A stretch of 63,943 nt of DNA, the filler included, from Basidioascus undulatus (Eukaryota): NCBI GenBank assembly GCA_000826855.1. It is 15 parts of 15 records of this genome, joined end to end, with 100 filler letters (N's around TTAATTAATTAA, not from the genome) between each part and the next. Parts side by side here need not be neighbours in the genome. Positions count along the whole stretch, not along the records: positions 11,628 to 35,150 come from JTLS01000264.1; positions 35,251 to 38,048 come from JTLS01002640.1; positions 38,149 to 40,937 come from JTLS01002641.1; 12 more parts are not named here. The stretch is one strand, 5' to 3'. A program made the position numbers and the translations under genes. The notes under the pieces were generated by a model. It had not been told where the DNA came from, searched no databases, and saw only the letters and a program-made list of their open reading frames with translations. This document shows, one piece after another, positions 25,865-38,553 of the stretch. How positions within the stretch are numbered: position 1 is the first letter of the stretch; each line of letters begins with the position of its first letter.

Positions 25865-26276
25865 GGCTTCTATGTGCTGCAGTACCAGCTTTTATGAGAG
25901 CGCTCCTGTATAGAAGTATTGACCGAGACTCCAAAATGGACGAACAGGTGTTCCCGGATTCCAACAGCGATCGACAGGAAGGATAGACTGAAGACGAGCA
26001 AGGAGGCGTATAAGCGTGAGCGTTCGATCGACAGAGTTAGTTTATGAAATTAACGAGGAGAACAATGAGCAAGAGAGTGGGTGAGGGTCAGGAAACCAAG
26101 CAAACGCTCTAGCGGAGAAGTCTTCCCTTTCGGCCGTGGATGGCCCGGGGAATTGCATCCATTGCCGCGCCGACGGGCGCCTGTGCCGTGTTCAGCCTCG
26201 CGTGTGCAGCTTGGCCTTCTACACCTTCCTGCTTGCCCTCCTACCTCTCCCATCAGCACCCCACACACCACCAACG

Positions 26277-27164
26277 ATGGACCCCCGCAAGTGGATAAAC
26301 CTGGAGGCTCAGGCGCCCCAGGACATCGTTAGGACAGACGAGAGCGCCTTCGCCTTTCTCCAGCTCTCGTGGACGACTCGGCTGTACTGCTTTGGCGGGT
26401 GGTGAGTATGCTCTGCTGCATCAGAGGGGTTCGAAGTTAAATTATGCTGAGATGTGTGGCTGTCGGAACAGTCTCCTGGGTGGAATCGGGTGCCAGATCC
26501 TGGGCGCCATTTTGCTGTTCCTCGGATCATTGGCGGGTTTCGGAGGTCCGTCTTCCATGTCTTCTTCTCAACCACTCCCCGCGTAATTCACTTATACACC
26601 CTTCCTCAGTTCTGTTCGTGATTGGCATCATCTTGGCTCTGGCGGGTTCAGGCTTCCTCGTCCGCTCCGCTCTTGCGCCGCTACCTCCAGCCCCTCTGCA
26701 GCTGATACAGCGTGTCCCTTCTCAAATATCCAGGTCGGCTTCGCATCCCAGCTCAAGGGAATGTTCGCCCCTATACGTATCGTCGCTACCGCGCTCTTCC
26801 TCATCAGCGTCGTGGTCGTGTGCCTTATGGCGTTCTGGCTCCAGAACGAGGCGCTCACTCTCATTTTCGTGCGCGCCCCTACTTGCGTTCTTTGCTTGGA
26901 GCCGAAAAGACAGACTGACGGGGACTCTGGCTGAACAGGTCATCGTGGAGGGCTTGGCGTATGCGTGGTACTCAATCTGTGTGTCCACCTGGATCGCAGT
27001 CTTGCCCTGTCATCTGTCTGCTAACGCGACGTGGAACAGCCTACATCCCATACGCCAGGTTCGTGTTATTTTCCAATCTTCCTACAGTTCATGATGTCCC
27101 TTAGTCATTCTCTTCTCAAAATCGCAGGGATCTTATCAAGCGCACCTTCTCGGCCTGCTTCTGA
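26277..27164 (+). CDS. SFT2: Got1/Sft2-family vesicle transport protein (7 exons)
   Basis: LSWTTRLYCFGGC...GSGFLVGFASQLKGMFAPIRIVAT...AYAWYSISYIPYARDLIK. Confidence 0.9.
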
Positions 27165-27661
27165 TGTTCTGCGTCCTTTCGCATGCTCTATATCCCCGTC
27201 CCTGCTTGCATCCACTTATTCCGGTTCATTTTGGTTTTCTTACGTAATATATTGGCATTGCTGCCATATCTCGCATTGATATCCTACTCGAGACTCTGCA
27301 TGGTTCGAGTCTACGCGCGAGTCCTCGGGCCGAACGCTTGGTACGGAAAGTGAAGCGAGGGAGCCCTCAATGCGCTATATGGACAGGGTGCGTGTTTAAA
27401 TCGACTCTCACCGCACGCTTTCCTAATGCTATCGAATATGGGTAGCTGAAAGTCCTTCCAAGCGGAGAGCTCACCCTCTACGCGAAACGTCTCAGGCTGA
27501 CAAACGGCCCGTCTAGTCTTCCTCACGGCCCACTCTGCTCACTCCGCTCGACGCGTACCGCGTCTGCTAATTGTTTTGCGTTTCGAGCTCTCAATCGCCT
27601 CGCACTCGCTCTCCTGAGCTTCATACGCTCACCATCAACTCTTCCTCCCGCGCCACCGGCA

Positions 27662-29517
27662 ATGGACATCATTCGCAAACTCGCTCGGCTCCCAAAACGG
27701 GCATACACGCCACCTTCGCGTTCCCCCACCAAGAAAGACGGACTAGCAGCACCGCGTTCATCCAAGAAGAGCGCGTCGTCAACGAAGACGCCGACGACCT
27801 GGAGTACGTCCCCTCTTCATCCAGTTTCCTTCCATTGAAAACGCTGAACGTCTAGCCTGCAGGCTCTTTCGGTGCCCCTACAGTGCCGGACAATGTAGAA
27901 GACCGCTCGTACACATCGATAGTGCATGCACTCGGACTGCCACTTCCAGGTACGTCAAGCCTCTACACTCTCTATCCCGCCTGCTGACGGGCTGTTCATA
28001 CACAGAGCTCAAGCCGCCCTCCAGTCCAACGACAGACAAACCCCACCCCTCCCGTCCCCGGCGCGCTTCGCTCTTCTCACGCGCGCGCCCCGATCTGCCC
28101 TGGGCAACAGACGTCTTCGCGCCCGACCTGCCCACGTCCATCCCCGTCCGGGAGCGCACCATCTCGCGCCCGTCCTCGCCGCGCAAGCTGCGCGCGAGCG
28201 AGGCGCTGCACATCAAGAGCCCCGCGGGGTCGGTCAAGCGCATGTCGGCGCTACTCGCTGTGGACACCAATGCGAGGAAGGAGAAGCGGTTCAAGAGGGA
28301 GAGCGCGGTCGTGGGGACTGTGCGGGATGAGGGGCTTATGGAGACGCTCGTGAGGGGTCTGGTGAGCGAAGGACGGAAGGCTAGCGCCGAGGATTTGAAG
28401 AAGGCGGCCAGGGATGCTATAGGAGACGGAGCGGTACGCATTCCTTTGAACATAACATTCGCCGCTTTAAACTGAGTTCTCGGGGAGGGCCAGGGTTCGA
28501 CCTCCCGCACAGTCCGTCCTACTTTCCTTCATCGCGCTCTTCAGACGAATTTGCTCACAAAAATGCGAACAGATAACCCCTCACCGCAGCTCTCACTCGA
28601 AACACCCCCCCTCGTCTTCCTCTAGCGCCCTCAAACGCTCGAGCACTACCACCGCACCCCGCTCCATGCCCGCCATCTCGAAGCGCCCCAGGACTCGTTC
28701 GTCGTCCAACGCACCGCGTCCCTTCCCGACCTCTCCCGGCGGGACCCGTCTGTTCCCCCGCATCCATTACGTGAAGGACTGCATCTCGTCATTCGACGCC
28801 AGCGTCGACGCTGTTGGGTGCAGCTCACCTGCTCGCCCGCGCGGGGAGGGGATCCTCGGTGGTGCTGCCGTGTCGGGCGGCTTTTCCGGCGGGAAGGGCA
28901 AGTCGCCCTCGACCAGGCCCGCCGAGCAGCGCGTTGTCCGTTGGGGCAGCGGGAGCCCTGGTGTGCGTTGCTATTCTTTTATGAGAGTAACGGGGAGCGA
29001 TCTGACCCGATAATGCCTGTGCGTCAATAGGAGAGGGAGATCCTCGAGCAGCTCAGTCCTGTCAAGATTCGAAGCAACTCCCCGGTCAAACGCCCGAGCC
29101 CTGCGAAGATGGTCAAGATCGATGAAGGTGAGCAGCAGGCGGAAAGCGTAAGGGGGTCTTTGCTTGTGAGTGCATTGTCACATCGCTTGCGGAACCGGCA
29201 ACTGAATCTGATGCGGATTCGTCCACCAGCACGCTCCCTCATCCCCTTCTCCTCAGTGCTCCCCCGCATCCTCGCCCGACTTGAAACCGAACGCGTCGAG
29301 TGGCACTGTCGACGTTGTCCCCAAACCCCTCCCAACGGCAGACGCCGCCCGTACGACGGCCCTGCTCGACGCCGTTGAGCGCTGGGCGATGTGGAGCTGT
29401 GTGCGGGTCACGCTTCAGACTGCGGATGGCGCGAATGGGTGGGGCGAGAGAGTGGGGGAGGAGGAGGTTCGGCAGGCGTGGGCGGAGCTGAGGAGGAGGT
29501 TGGAGCGGGAGGCTTAG
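27662..29517 (+). CDS. Multi-exon Ser/Pro/Arg-rich hypothetical protein
   Basis: ATG at 27662 and a mostly frame-consistent GT-AG exon chain (MDIIRKLARLP...EREILEQLSPVKIR...); the phase of the last exon is uncertain. Confidence 0.5.
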
Positions 29518-30773
29518 AGAAATGGCGGGAGGACTATGCGGTATCGTCTTCCATGTGGCTGAAGGTTGTCTTTGTTCTTTTCCCTTTGTTTGTACATTTC
29601 ACAACATGTGACGGACAAGACGGCAAACAATTTACGTGTGAGAACGATGGGGTGTTGTTACACTGCGCGGATTGCCAGTGAGGTGCGGGAAAATGGAATG
29701 CTATACAACGCAAGCAGCGCATCTGCTTGCTTAAATATAAGCCTTGGTACTCCCGAAGGACAGCAAAGCCAGCCTTTCATCCGCAACTTGCAGCGCACGC
29801 CGTCCTGACAATGTTGACTTCGTCAGAGAGCAACGCCCATTCCGATCCCGCAACAGCTTGATGAACTTACCACACGACATCCACAACCGCTCCTTCGCCT
29901 GCTTGAGGCAAATTCTAATTTTGCGCTCCCTCCTTGGTTCCCTGCTTTCATCATCGGAGATGACGCTGTACCGCCGGCGTTTGGGGGACTCGGGGCTGCT
30001 GCTGCGTTGACGCGACGCCTTGAAGAGGGAGGGCAGTGTGGCGAATGAGTTTGAGAGCGGCATTCTTGCGAAGCCGAATGGGTGTGAGAAGAGGGTCAAG
30101 AGATGGAAGTTCAGCAATAGAGCGCGCTTTTGTATAGGTGACTTCGGTTGTTGACAAGTTGACTGCTCCTTCACAGGCTGCAAAGGGGAAGGGCTAGCGG
30201 GTCAGGAATGCCGCTTGCAGATCAGGGAAGACTAGGCCTATTTACTGTACTGAGCCTTTGTGTGACATAACAGAAATTGACTGCTCTTTGGAATACCTAC
30301 CGCAGTAGACATCTGATGACGCCTGCTCGCAGACAAACAGCTAGCATGGTTGTCGAATGCCCTGCGGGCCACGACATTGGCCACGGAGCAACGAAGGACA
30401 CTCCTGCATCTCATACTGTTATTCAATTCACTCGGTGTAAACCAATATTGTAATGTACAAATAATCAAGCATACACATGACTACTGTGGGGAGGCGTTTG
30501 ACCGGCATGGTAGGCAGCAACGCAGTTGAAGCGTCATGGCTGACTTGGATTAGCTGAAGTTGACTTGCACCCAGATTGTGGATATCACCTTGTATCTAAA
30601 ACTTTCAAACAAAGGTATCGTGACGGAATATTATTGGCAAAGGGGCAGAAGCTGCCAGCGGCCTTCCAGGAACTACAGTCCTGAGACAGTGGATTTGAGA
30701 ACCCCGCGCCAACTGAACCCGTACTCTCTCCAGCGCATTCACAATGTACAGTACTACGCAGGCCCACGAATTT

Positions 30774-31320
30774 TCAATTCACCAACTGCTCTCCCCCGTT
30801 GACACTGAACAACTTGACCGCAGCCGGTTCGCTGAGGAAACCGAGAAAGTTGAGGAGCGCGTCCTCGCGCTTGTTCTCGGCAACGGTGCGCTCCAGGTTG
30901 CCAAAATCGGTCAGTCGGTTCTCTACTCTGAGTACACTGCAGCACGGATTTGGGACCTTGGACAGTTTGACGAGCTTGTCGGACCGCGTGCGCGAGTCGG
31001 TCATGAGGGCTTCCTCGGCTGGCGTCCAGCTGGCGGTCCGTCCTGGTAAAGTGAGGAGGTGAGCATACGGTGTTATTTCATCTTTGGTAACATTCGTCGG
31101 TCTGCCTTCCGAACGTACCTGCTGCTTCCACCACGTCCTTCCGGCAAGCCGGGTCCAATGCACGCAGCACCTCCTCGACCTGTTGTACATCCAGCTGCGT
31201 TTCCTGTGCGTTAGCTTCAAAGCCAGCCCGTATGTCGGCTATATGCACCTCTTGAATGTAGAATGGAGAGGCCGAAGAATCGAGCTCGCCAGGGAGAGGA
31301 GCTCGCTCGCTGGAAATGTC
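30774..31320 (-). CDS. Orphan spliced coding fragment
   Basis: ETQLDVQQVEEVLRALDPACRKDVVEAA|GRTASWTPAEEALMTD... joined by a canonical gtacg...accag intron. Confidence 0.3.
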
Positions 31321-31833
31321 ACTTTATTGGTTATAAGCGTCAACACAGTACTGGGACCTCCCAGGACTTCTGAAATGGGTGAAAAAGTTGGTAGCTTAGG
31401 GGAAGCACTCGCGATGGTCCCGCTGCCCTAAATGGAGCGTGTTGCATGTGCTCCCCATTGCCTCGGTTCCTTTGGAGTATTTCAGGCCGGCCACCGCCAA
31501 AGCCGCTCTTTCGGCATGAGCCAGAGCATGTCGGGATCCTAAACGACCGAAGAAGCCATTGGCCGCTGGCTGACAGGAAGTTGGCACCGTTGGAGCCTTT
31601 CTCTTAGCAAGTCCGCATCTTAGGGGTGGCCAGGCCAAAATCAAGCTCGCCGAAGGTGACCGCGAGCGCGGAGAGAAGCAGGGGAGCCAGAGGGGGTCAC
31701 CGAGAGATGGGTGCATAATGAATGTCAGAAGAAACCGAAGCTTGGGCTAGTTCTGCGAACATTCCGTGCCCATCTCAGATACAAAGTAGTCATGCAACCG
31801 CCGGCGGTGGGATGGACAGTCTATAGTGCATCT

Positions 31834-32691
31834 TCACTCACCAGGTCCTTCAGTGCGTGTCATTCTCTCTGTCTCGGTGATACCAGCTCCCCCGCCGTAT
31901 CTCTTCCCGCGGCCAGCACTCGCGCTTCCCAGGCCCAGTTCCCGAACGCGACCGCACGATCTCCGCCGCGCGCGGTTTTGTGTTGTAACTGCATCCAGTG
32001 CGCATACCCTGCCCGCAGGCGGAGAACGACAGCTCGACGAGCGCCGGCCGCGCCACGAGCTCTGGATCGAGTTGGTCCGGAGCCAGTTGCTCGGCGATGC
32101 CGAGATGAGAGAGTGCCGGCATCGGCTTCTTCTTCTGCCAGAGACTGGGGAAGTGGTGCCCCGAAGCGAGGATGACGTGCTGCAGGGTGGGAGCCCAAGC
32201 GTTGAGCGCGCGGAGGACCTTTTCGCGTTTCGGATGTCGAGGCGGAGGTGCGTCGGGCGAAGAGAGATTAGCGCTTGAGCGACAGGGTCCCGCACCCATG
32301 GCTGGAGAGAGGTTGAGCACCTCGACGTTCGGGCAGGCGCGGACGATGTTCACGAGCTCGGGATTGAACGCGTCCTCGGGCTGCCAGAACAGGAGGGCGC
32401 GGACCCGTTCGCCGTTCCGCCGGCCTTTGTGATCACGGCGCGTCACTGCGGCCCTGCTCGTGCGTGCGGATGCGCACGGTGAGCAGAAGGAGCGGCTGCG
32501 AGACCTGTGCCAGCTGCGACAGACGAGGGGAGAGCATGGCGAGGTTGAGTGAAGAAGCTCGAAGGGGGGTCGGACGAAAAGCCGTCCGAGGGAGGCGAGG
32601 GGTTTGGATCGAGGAGAAGCGAAGGCGGTGGGGGACACAGGAGGGGAGAGAGAATCCTGGTCAGGACCAGAACAGGAAGACGCTGGGCCAC
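31834..32691 (-). pseudogene. Decayed F-box/LRR-like gene
   Basis: RLPVLVLTRIL, PLVCRSWH, GERVRALLF...IVRACPNVEVLNL, LRPTHLRLD are spread over three reading frames. Confidence 0.5.
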
Positions 32692-33008
32692 AGGGAACTG
32701 CGAAGTCGAGTCCGTGATTACGGTGAATTAGAGGTCGATGAAGGTGAAGAAGAGTAAGATCGAATAAGATTATGATGGTTGGGAGGCAAGAGGGGCGTCG
32801 GAGAGCCCCTCTCTATTTCCAGCTTTGAGTATGTAGTACTTGTGCAGGTGCTGGTGTTTGCCGCTACCGCAATGTTGCCTGTTGGAACACTGTGACAAAC
32901 AGGATAAGCAAAGAGAAAAGAAAAAAGAAAGCTGATAATGTTCCGGAAGAGAAGATGAACCCTCTGCTCTTGGGCAAGAGGAGCAGCGAGCGCCAGAAGA
33001 AAAAGAAG

Positions 33009-33091
33009 CTCTCTGGCCGGGAATTGAACCCGGGTCGCCCGCGGTCAGATTGAGTGACAAGCGGATATACTAGCCACTATACTACCAAAGA
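33009..33091 (-). tRNA. tRNA-Asp(GTC) with an 11-nt intron (33044-33054)
   Basis: TCTTTGG-TAGTATAGTGGCTAGTAT-A-TCCGC-TTGTCA[ctcaatctgac]C-GCGGG-CGAC-CCGGGTTCAATTCCCGG-CCAGAGA-G; T-run terminator follows. Confidence 0.96.
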
Positions 33092-34480
33092 GTTGCCTAC
33101 AATTTCGAAAAGTTTTCCTAGCCCTTGAAGTGCAAGGTACCGGGCCTGTCACAGAAGCCGATCCTGTGGCTTTTCCGCCATAATTTAACCAGTTTTGTTA
33201 AAGTTAAAGACAAAAGTTAAAAAGACAAAACCAGCTAACTCTGCTGCCAGTGTGATCAAAGTGAAGCAAATCAGTTTGTGCAGCCAGGGCAGTGATTGCG
33301 TACACTATCAGCACGAGATCCGGCCTGGTTAGGCACAACGTTCGTTGGCTCAAATGTCGTAAATGTGCCAAAGAGACCGTGAAGTCGAGAGCCAAAAACT
33401 CTGCAAAGTTCACCGGGGTGGCTGTGGCCGCTGGCTGCGCCGCACAGCCGCAGCTGTAGGTGCGTTTCCCTGCTCTCTTCCCACACCCGACCGTATATCA
33501 CAAGAGTCGTGAGATCACAACATCGGCCATAGCTGCAAATCAACATTTTCAGACAGACCAACAGGCGCTTGAGATGAGGAGAGCAGCGAAGGAGAAGACA
33601 TGCTGCCGCTTCCATCGCATAAAAGCCGCAGGGCGGGGATCACGCCAGGAACCCGCCGGCGAGCTTGTGAAAATTAATCGAGCCCCTGGCGGGCTGTCGC
33701 GGCGATGGCCTCGTGGACAGCTTGGCTGCTTTAGTGTGCTGGAGCGTGTGTTTCCATGTCGAGCAGGGACGTTCTTATGTGGAAGCCGGAGATATCATGA
33801 AGAAGACCGGCGGTGTTCTCGGTGCGGAGTCGGGAGTCGGGGGAAGGGCGCAGTGGGCGTCGCGGACGGGGCCCGTTGCTGCAGCCCCTGCTTTCATGGA
33901 GCTCAAATGTAAGCGGGAGCCGGCACTGCTGGTGGCTCCTCTCTTCACGTACTTTCGGATTGAGCGCGCGGCGCATTCTCAAGGTGGATTTTGGAGTGCA
34001 AATATGAACGGGCTCGGCGATGGGCAGATGGCAGAGGAAAGGCCGAAAGGGTGACGCTGTGCAGGGTCGGTGTTCGGCTCGGGCTCGTGTGCAGCACCGA
34101 ATCATCCCACCCGCATCTCATCTCGTCTCGTTCCATCGCACCGCAACACCACTATTTTCCATCTCTTCCCCAATCCCACCATCCGCGCTGGCATCCTCAC
34201 CGCTGCAGTGCTCATTCTCGCCGTTGGACTCACAGCGGCCGCCGTTGTTTGAAGAAACACAGTCGCAGCAGCGCAGACTCACGCGGCCGCCGTCGATCCC
34301 TCCTAAACGCGACCAGCCAGCCAGCCCCTATCGACTCGGCTGCGTCTACAGGCCCCTGCCGCCTTGCCATCTCCTTCTCTCCTCGCGTCTTCGATATTCC
34401 CTTATCCGCCCAGCACCAGCACATCTTGGCACAAAACACCAGCGGGCGATACTTGACCCCCGCAGCAGCAGCCGCCCAGG

Positions 34481-35150
34481 ATGTCGCTCCTCTCCTCCGT
34501 CTCGAACAACTTGCTCCTCTCCAACATCCGCGGCTTCGCCCAGTCCATAGTCGCGACCCCGCCCTCGCCCTCGTCCCCCACCTCCCCGTCTCGCCCCTCC
34601 TCCGACCCGGACGACGCCTCCCCCCGTCCGCGCAGGAACAGCTTTCAGCCGCCCAGTCCCAATAGTGCCGCCGCACAGCGCAAGGAGCGCCCCAGGAGCG
34701 TCATGATCGGCCCCGAGGGGAGCAGGGAGATGGAGCGCACTGGCGTACGCAGCGGCGGCGTAGAGGGCGAGGCCAAGAAGCGCAGGGAGGGCACGGACGC
34801 GACGGTGGGACGGGGAGTGGAGGTCAAGCTCCCGCCTGAGGTACCTCGCATCTCACTGATCCCTACCCCCCATCTCATCCTCCTCTCTCTGTCTCTCGCA
34901 GGTGCTCGTCATCGTCCGCCCCCCTCCCACGCGGTCCAACAACCCAATGAACCTCCAGATCCAGCTCGTGACGCCCAAATCCTTGCGCACAGCATCCACC
35001 GCGTCCGCTGCGTCCGCTGCACCCGCGACGCGCACGTCAACCGACTCAGGCGACCCGCGCGCCGTGACGGCCTCGCCGACGCAGATGTCGCGCGACAGCC
35101 ACGGTGGCGAGGAGGTCGTGCCCCCCGGCGGGGGCGCGAGCCTCAGCCGC
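34481..35150 (+). CDS. Hypothetical protein, 5' part, resembling a conserved basidiomycete family
   Basis: ATG ORF plus an intron (about 34841-34901) leading to VLVIVRPPPTRSNNPMNLQIQLV. Confidence 0.6.
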
Positions 35151-35250
35151 NNNNNNNNNNNNNNNNNNNNNNNNNNNNNNNNNNNNNNNNNNNNTTAATT
35201 AATTAANNNNNNNNNNNNNNNNNNNNNNNNNNNNNNNNNNNNNNNNNNNN

Positions 35251-36335
35251 AGGGGGCGGCCGATGAGCGCGGCAGCCACGAGCGAGACGAGCACGCCCTC
35301 GGCACCGGCCTCGTCCCAGACCTGCACGTCTGTGACGGACGCCGGGAGGACGGAGGCGATGTCGTCGACGTTGAGCGTGTGCAGCACGATGTGCGCGGGC
35401 GCGGACGCAGCGCTAGCGAGCTGCGCGGAGGCGTACGACGACGGCACGACGAGAACGGAGGTGGAGGACGCCGGGCCGTGGAAGGTCGCCTCGGCGGGGG
35501 CGGAGACGTCGGAGGGGAGCGTGCTCAACTCGCGAGCGGCGTAGACACCCTCGAAGGCGTGCAGGACGTGGCCGTCAATCTGAGAAGCAAGGAGTTGTCA
35601 GAACCTGGGTGTATGCGCGGACTCTACGTAGAGAAGGTGAAAAAGAGACAAAGTGCTCACCTGGTAGGCCTTGCGGGCGTTGGCGACGATCTCAGCAGGG
35701 GTGGAGGAGAGGAGGACGGTCCAGCCCTCGAGCTGCTGCGCGGCGATGAGGACGCTCGCGAGGCTGGGCGAGAGAGTGAGGCTGCCCGGGGCGCGGACGT
35801 AGGTCGGGGTGTGAAGAACGACCTTCTTGGACTTGTCGGTGGAAGTCGAGCCGGCCACAGCAAGGCCGCTGAGAGCAGGCAGGAAGCCGATGAGGCTGCT
35901 GCTCGCCGCGAAGGCGCTGACAACCTGCGCCTTGCCCGCGCGGAGGTAGCCCGCGACGGCCGTACCCGCACCCGCGCGGTCCTCCATCTTGAATACCTTC
36001 GCCTGGCCGTCCTTGCTCTCGAGCGCGGCGCCGAAGCCGTTGAGCGAGGCAGTCTCGTACACGAAGACGGCGTCAGAAGACGCAACGGCCTCTTCCTCGA
36101 CTGCAGCCTGGGCGGTGCGGAAGCCCGACGTGCGCGCGGGGGCGGCAGGCTCAGCAGCGGGGGCGGCCTTGGGCGAGGAGGGGACATCGGCGGGGGTGGC
36201 GATGCCCGAGTCTACGTGCTGGCCACCCGAGGGAAGGAAGCCGTCGATGTCCTTGCGCGCCTCCTTGAGCGGGACCGCGGCGGGGCCGGCGCCGTTGGAA
36301 GGCACGGGGAAGGGGGGCGACAGCGAGCCGGGCAT
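35251..36335 (-). CDS. MET10: Assimilatory sulfite reductase flavoprotein (alpha) subunit, N-terminal part
   Basis: TAQAAVEEEAVASSDAVFVY...KMEDRAGAGTAVAGY...HVLHAFEGVYAARE...FHGPASSTSVLVV resembles the fungal Met10 N-terminus; the FAD domain is not in the window. Confidence 0.68.
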
Positions 36336-37656
36336 GGCGGAATGAACAAAGAAAACGAGGAACAGAGAGAAGGAAAAGGGGAGGAAGGGGGGAGGAGACG
36401 AGGAGGAGAGACGAAGTGAGAAGGCCCAGGGCCAATAAGAAACTCTGGTGATCGCGAAGACGTGATTTGAGACACGAGGCACGAGAGGCAGCGCTCAGGC
36501 CGATCTCGCCCGACTGACAGGCCCATGACAGCACCCTTATGATATTGACACTCGCAGTGCATTTCGAGCCATCATTCCAGCTGCACTTTTGCTTCGGTCT
36601 GTGGCACAATAGACAATTACCAAGATTCGAGAGGATAGAACATGGTGTCTGTTAAAGACAAACGGGAGCTACTTGTGGTCGATTGAAGCGAAGACTGTAG
36701 TGGTCGGGAGTGGTTGAAAGGACCTCCAAGTCAGTTACACATGTACAACGAACCAGGAATGTGGTTCAAAGGAAAGACTAACTTATAGTTATTCCAAGGT
36801 GTTTGGCAGGACCTAAAGAAGGTGGGCATGGATCAGCAACAAATCGCACTGTAGTGCCGCGACACAGCCGAAGCCGTCTCTTCATACCTCATCGGTATGG
36901 CAAGAATAGCGTTGCAGGCTAGTCGGACCAGCATATCAAGCCTTCCGTGCAGTCCTTCTCACTTCTAGTCAATAGTGGTACGCGCTCGGAAGGCCACCCT
37001 GTTTGTTCGAGCAGGCGAACAGTTCGTGCACCGCAGGCTTAACCTCGCCGACTCAAGAACAAGTGAGGGCCAAGTCAAGCTTTTTTGTGGTCCAGTCGCA
37101 AGCCCTGAGGCCATTCGAACCTGTGTCCTAGGGGTTCTGTTGCTGGTCCAGAAGCCGTGCACGGCGCATTGCATCAGCATTCGGCGCAGTCTCCAGGCTC
37201 CTACCGTACGCGGTGTCTTGGTTTTGTACTGTTCATCGACCGTGACGCTGAGCACTGCCTACCGCTTCATGCGCTGTGCACGCGCTTTACAGAGATCAGG
37301 AGCGAAAGCGGAATGCATCGTCGTGCAGGATCAGGCTGCAGATATCTACGGACGGGCGAGCGAGCGAGTGTGCGCAACGGCACAATACGAAAAGAAATGA
37401 AAATGAGAAAAGGCGAAGGAAACGAGCGAGAAACCGGGTGTCCGAACACTGGTACCCTAGCAAGGGAGGACGATTGAGGACGATGTGCAGCCATGGGAGG
37501 CGAACCGAGAGAGAAAGAGAAAGGAAAAGAGGAAGGAGAGAAGGAACGAAGAATAAGTGGTCGCGTGTCTTGGACACTCCTGGGGAGGAAGGAAGGAAGA
37601 GAAAAGCAAAAGTAAAGTGAAAAGAAAGGGCAGCCGCGCTCGAGCGACTCGACTGG

Positions 37657-38010
37657 TCAGAGCTCGTCCTCCCCCGCATCCTCGCAGCACACCGCCTCCG
37701 CCACGTCCCTATAGCACTCCTCGACGTCCTCCTGTCCCCCCTCCCGGCAAGTTCAGTCTCCCTCCCTCTTCCTCCCTCCTCCTCCGCACACAGCGCAAAG
37801 GAAGAAGACAGCGGAGTGGGAAGAGGGTAGGGCGCACCAGCTCGACCCCCATCGCACGGCACACCGTGCTCGCGAGGAGCGCGTCCCCCAGCCCGGTGCT
37901 CGGGCGCAGGAACTCGGTGCGCAGCTCGTGCGAGAGCGCCGAGAGGAAGAGCGTGGAGGCGAGGGTGGAAGGAGCGTGGAGGTGCAAGAGGTGGAAGGGC
38001 TCTGGTTCGG
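37657..38010 (-). CDS. 3' end of an unidentified gene (last two exons; weakly cyclin-fold-like)
   Basis: ...EFLRPSTGLGDALLASTVCRAMGVEL|EDVEECYRDVAEAVCCEDAGEDEL* with a GT-AG intron. Confidence 0.4.
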
Positions 38011-38148
38011 TCCGGTGCGGGAGTCAGTACTGTCCGGGGGGGGGGGGGNNNNNNNNNNNNNNNNNNNNNNNNNNNNNNNNNNNNNNNNNNNNTTAATTAA
38101 TTAANNNNNNNNNNNNNNNNNNNNNNNNNNNNNNNNNNNNNNNNNNNN

Positions 38149-38407
38149 CCGGGCGCCTCACGAGACCCGCGCCGCTCCACCACCACGGATGTTCGACCGC
38201 GCGGAAGAGCGACGTATCCGTTCGTGGGCGACCCTCATCCACAGCTACCTTCCGAGCTTGCGTTGGTTTTCGGCCGATCCGTCCTGTCGCTGCGTCTGGC
38301 GTGTTGGTCCAGAGGACGAGGGCGAGATGGTCCACACTGTACGGGACGAGGCGAGGGCGTTTGCTGCGCAGTTCGGGATCGGCGTATGCGGAGGCTTGAG
38401 AGGACAT
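38149..38407 (-). CDS. 5' end of an unidentified gene
   Basis: ATG in good context (ataacATGTCC); the frame stays open to the gap. Confidence 0.3.
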
Positions 38408-38553
38408 GTTATCGGGCTATTCCGACAGTGACTTTGGGTGGTGTTGCGAAGGCTGCTGCTGCGTCGATTCGAAGAACGCTCCACGTCAAACCACAAATCC
38501 ACAGCGAGCGCAGCAGACAAGCCAGTCCAAGCCCCTTTTGCATATGACATAAT

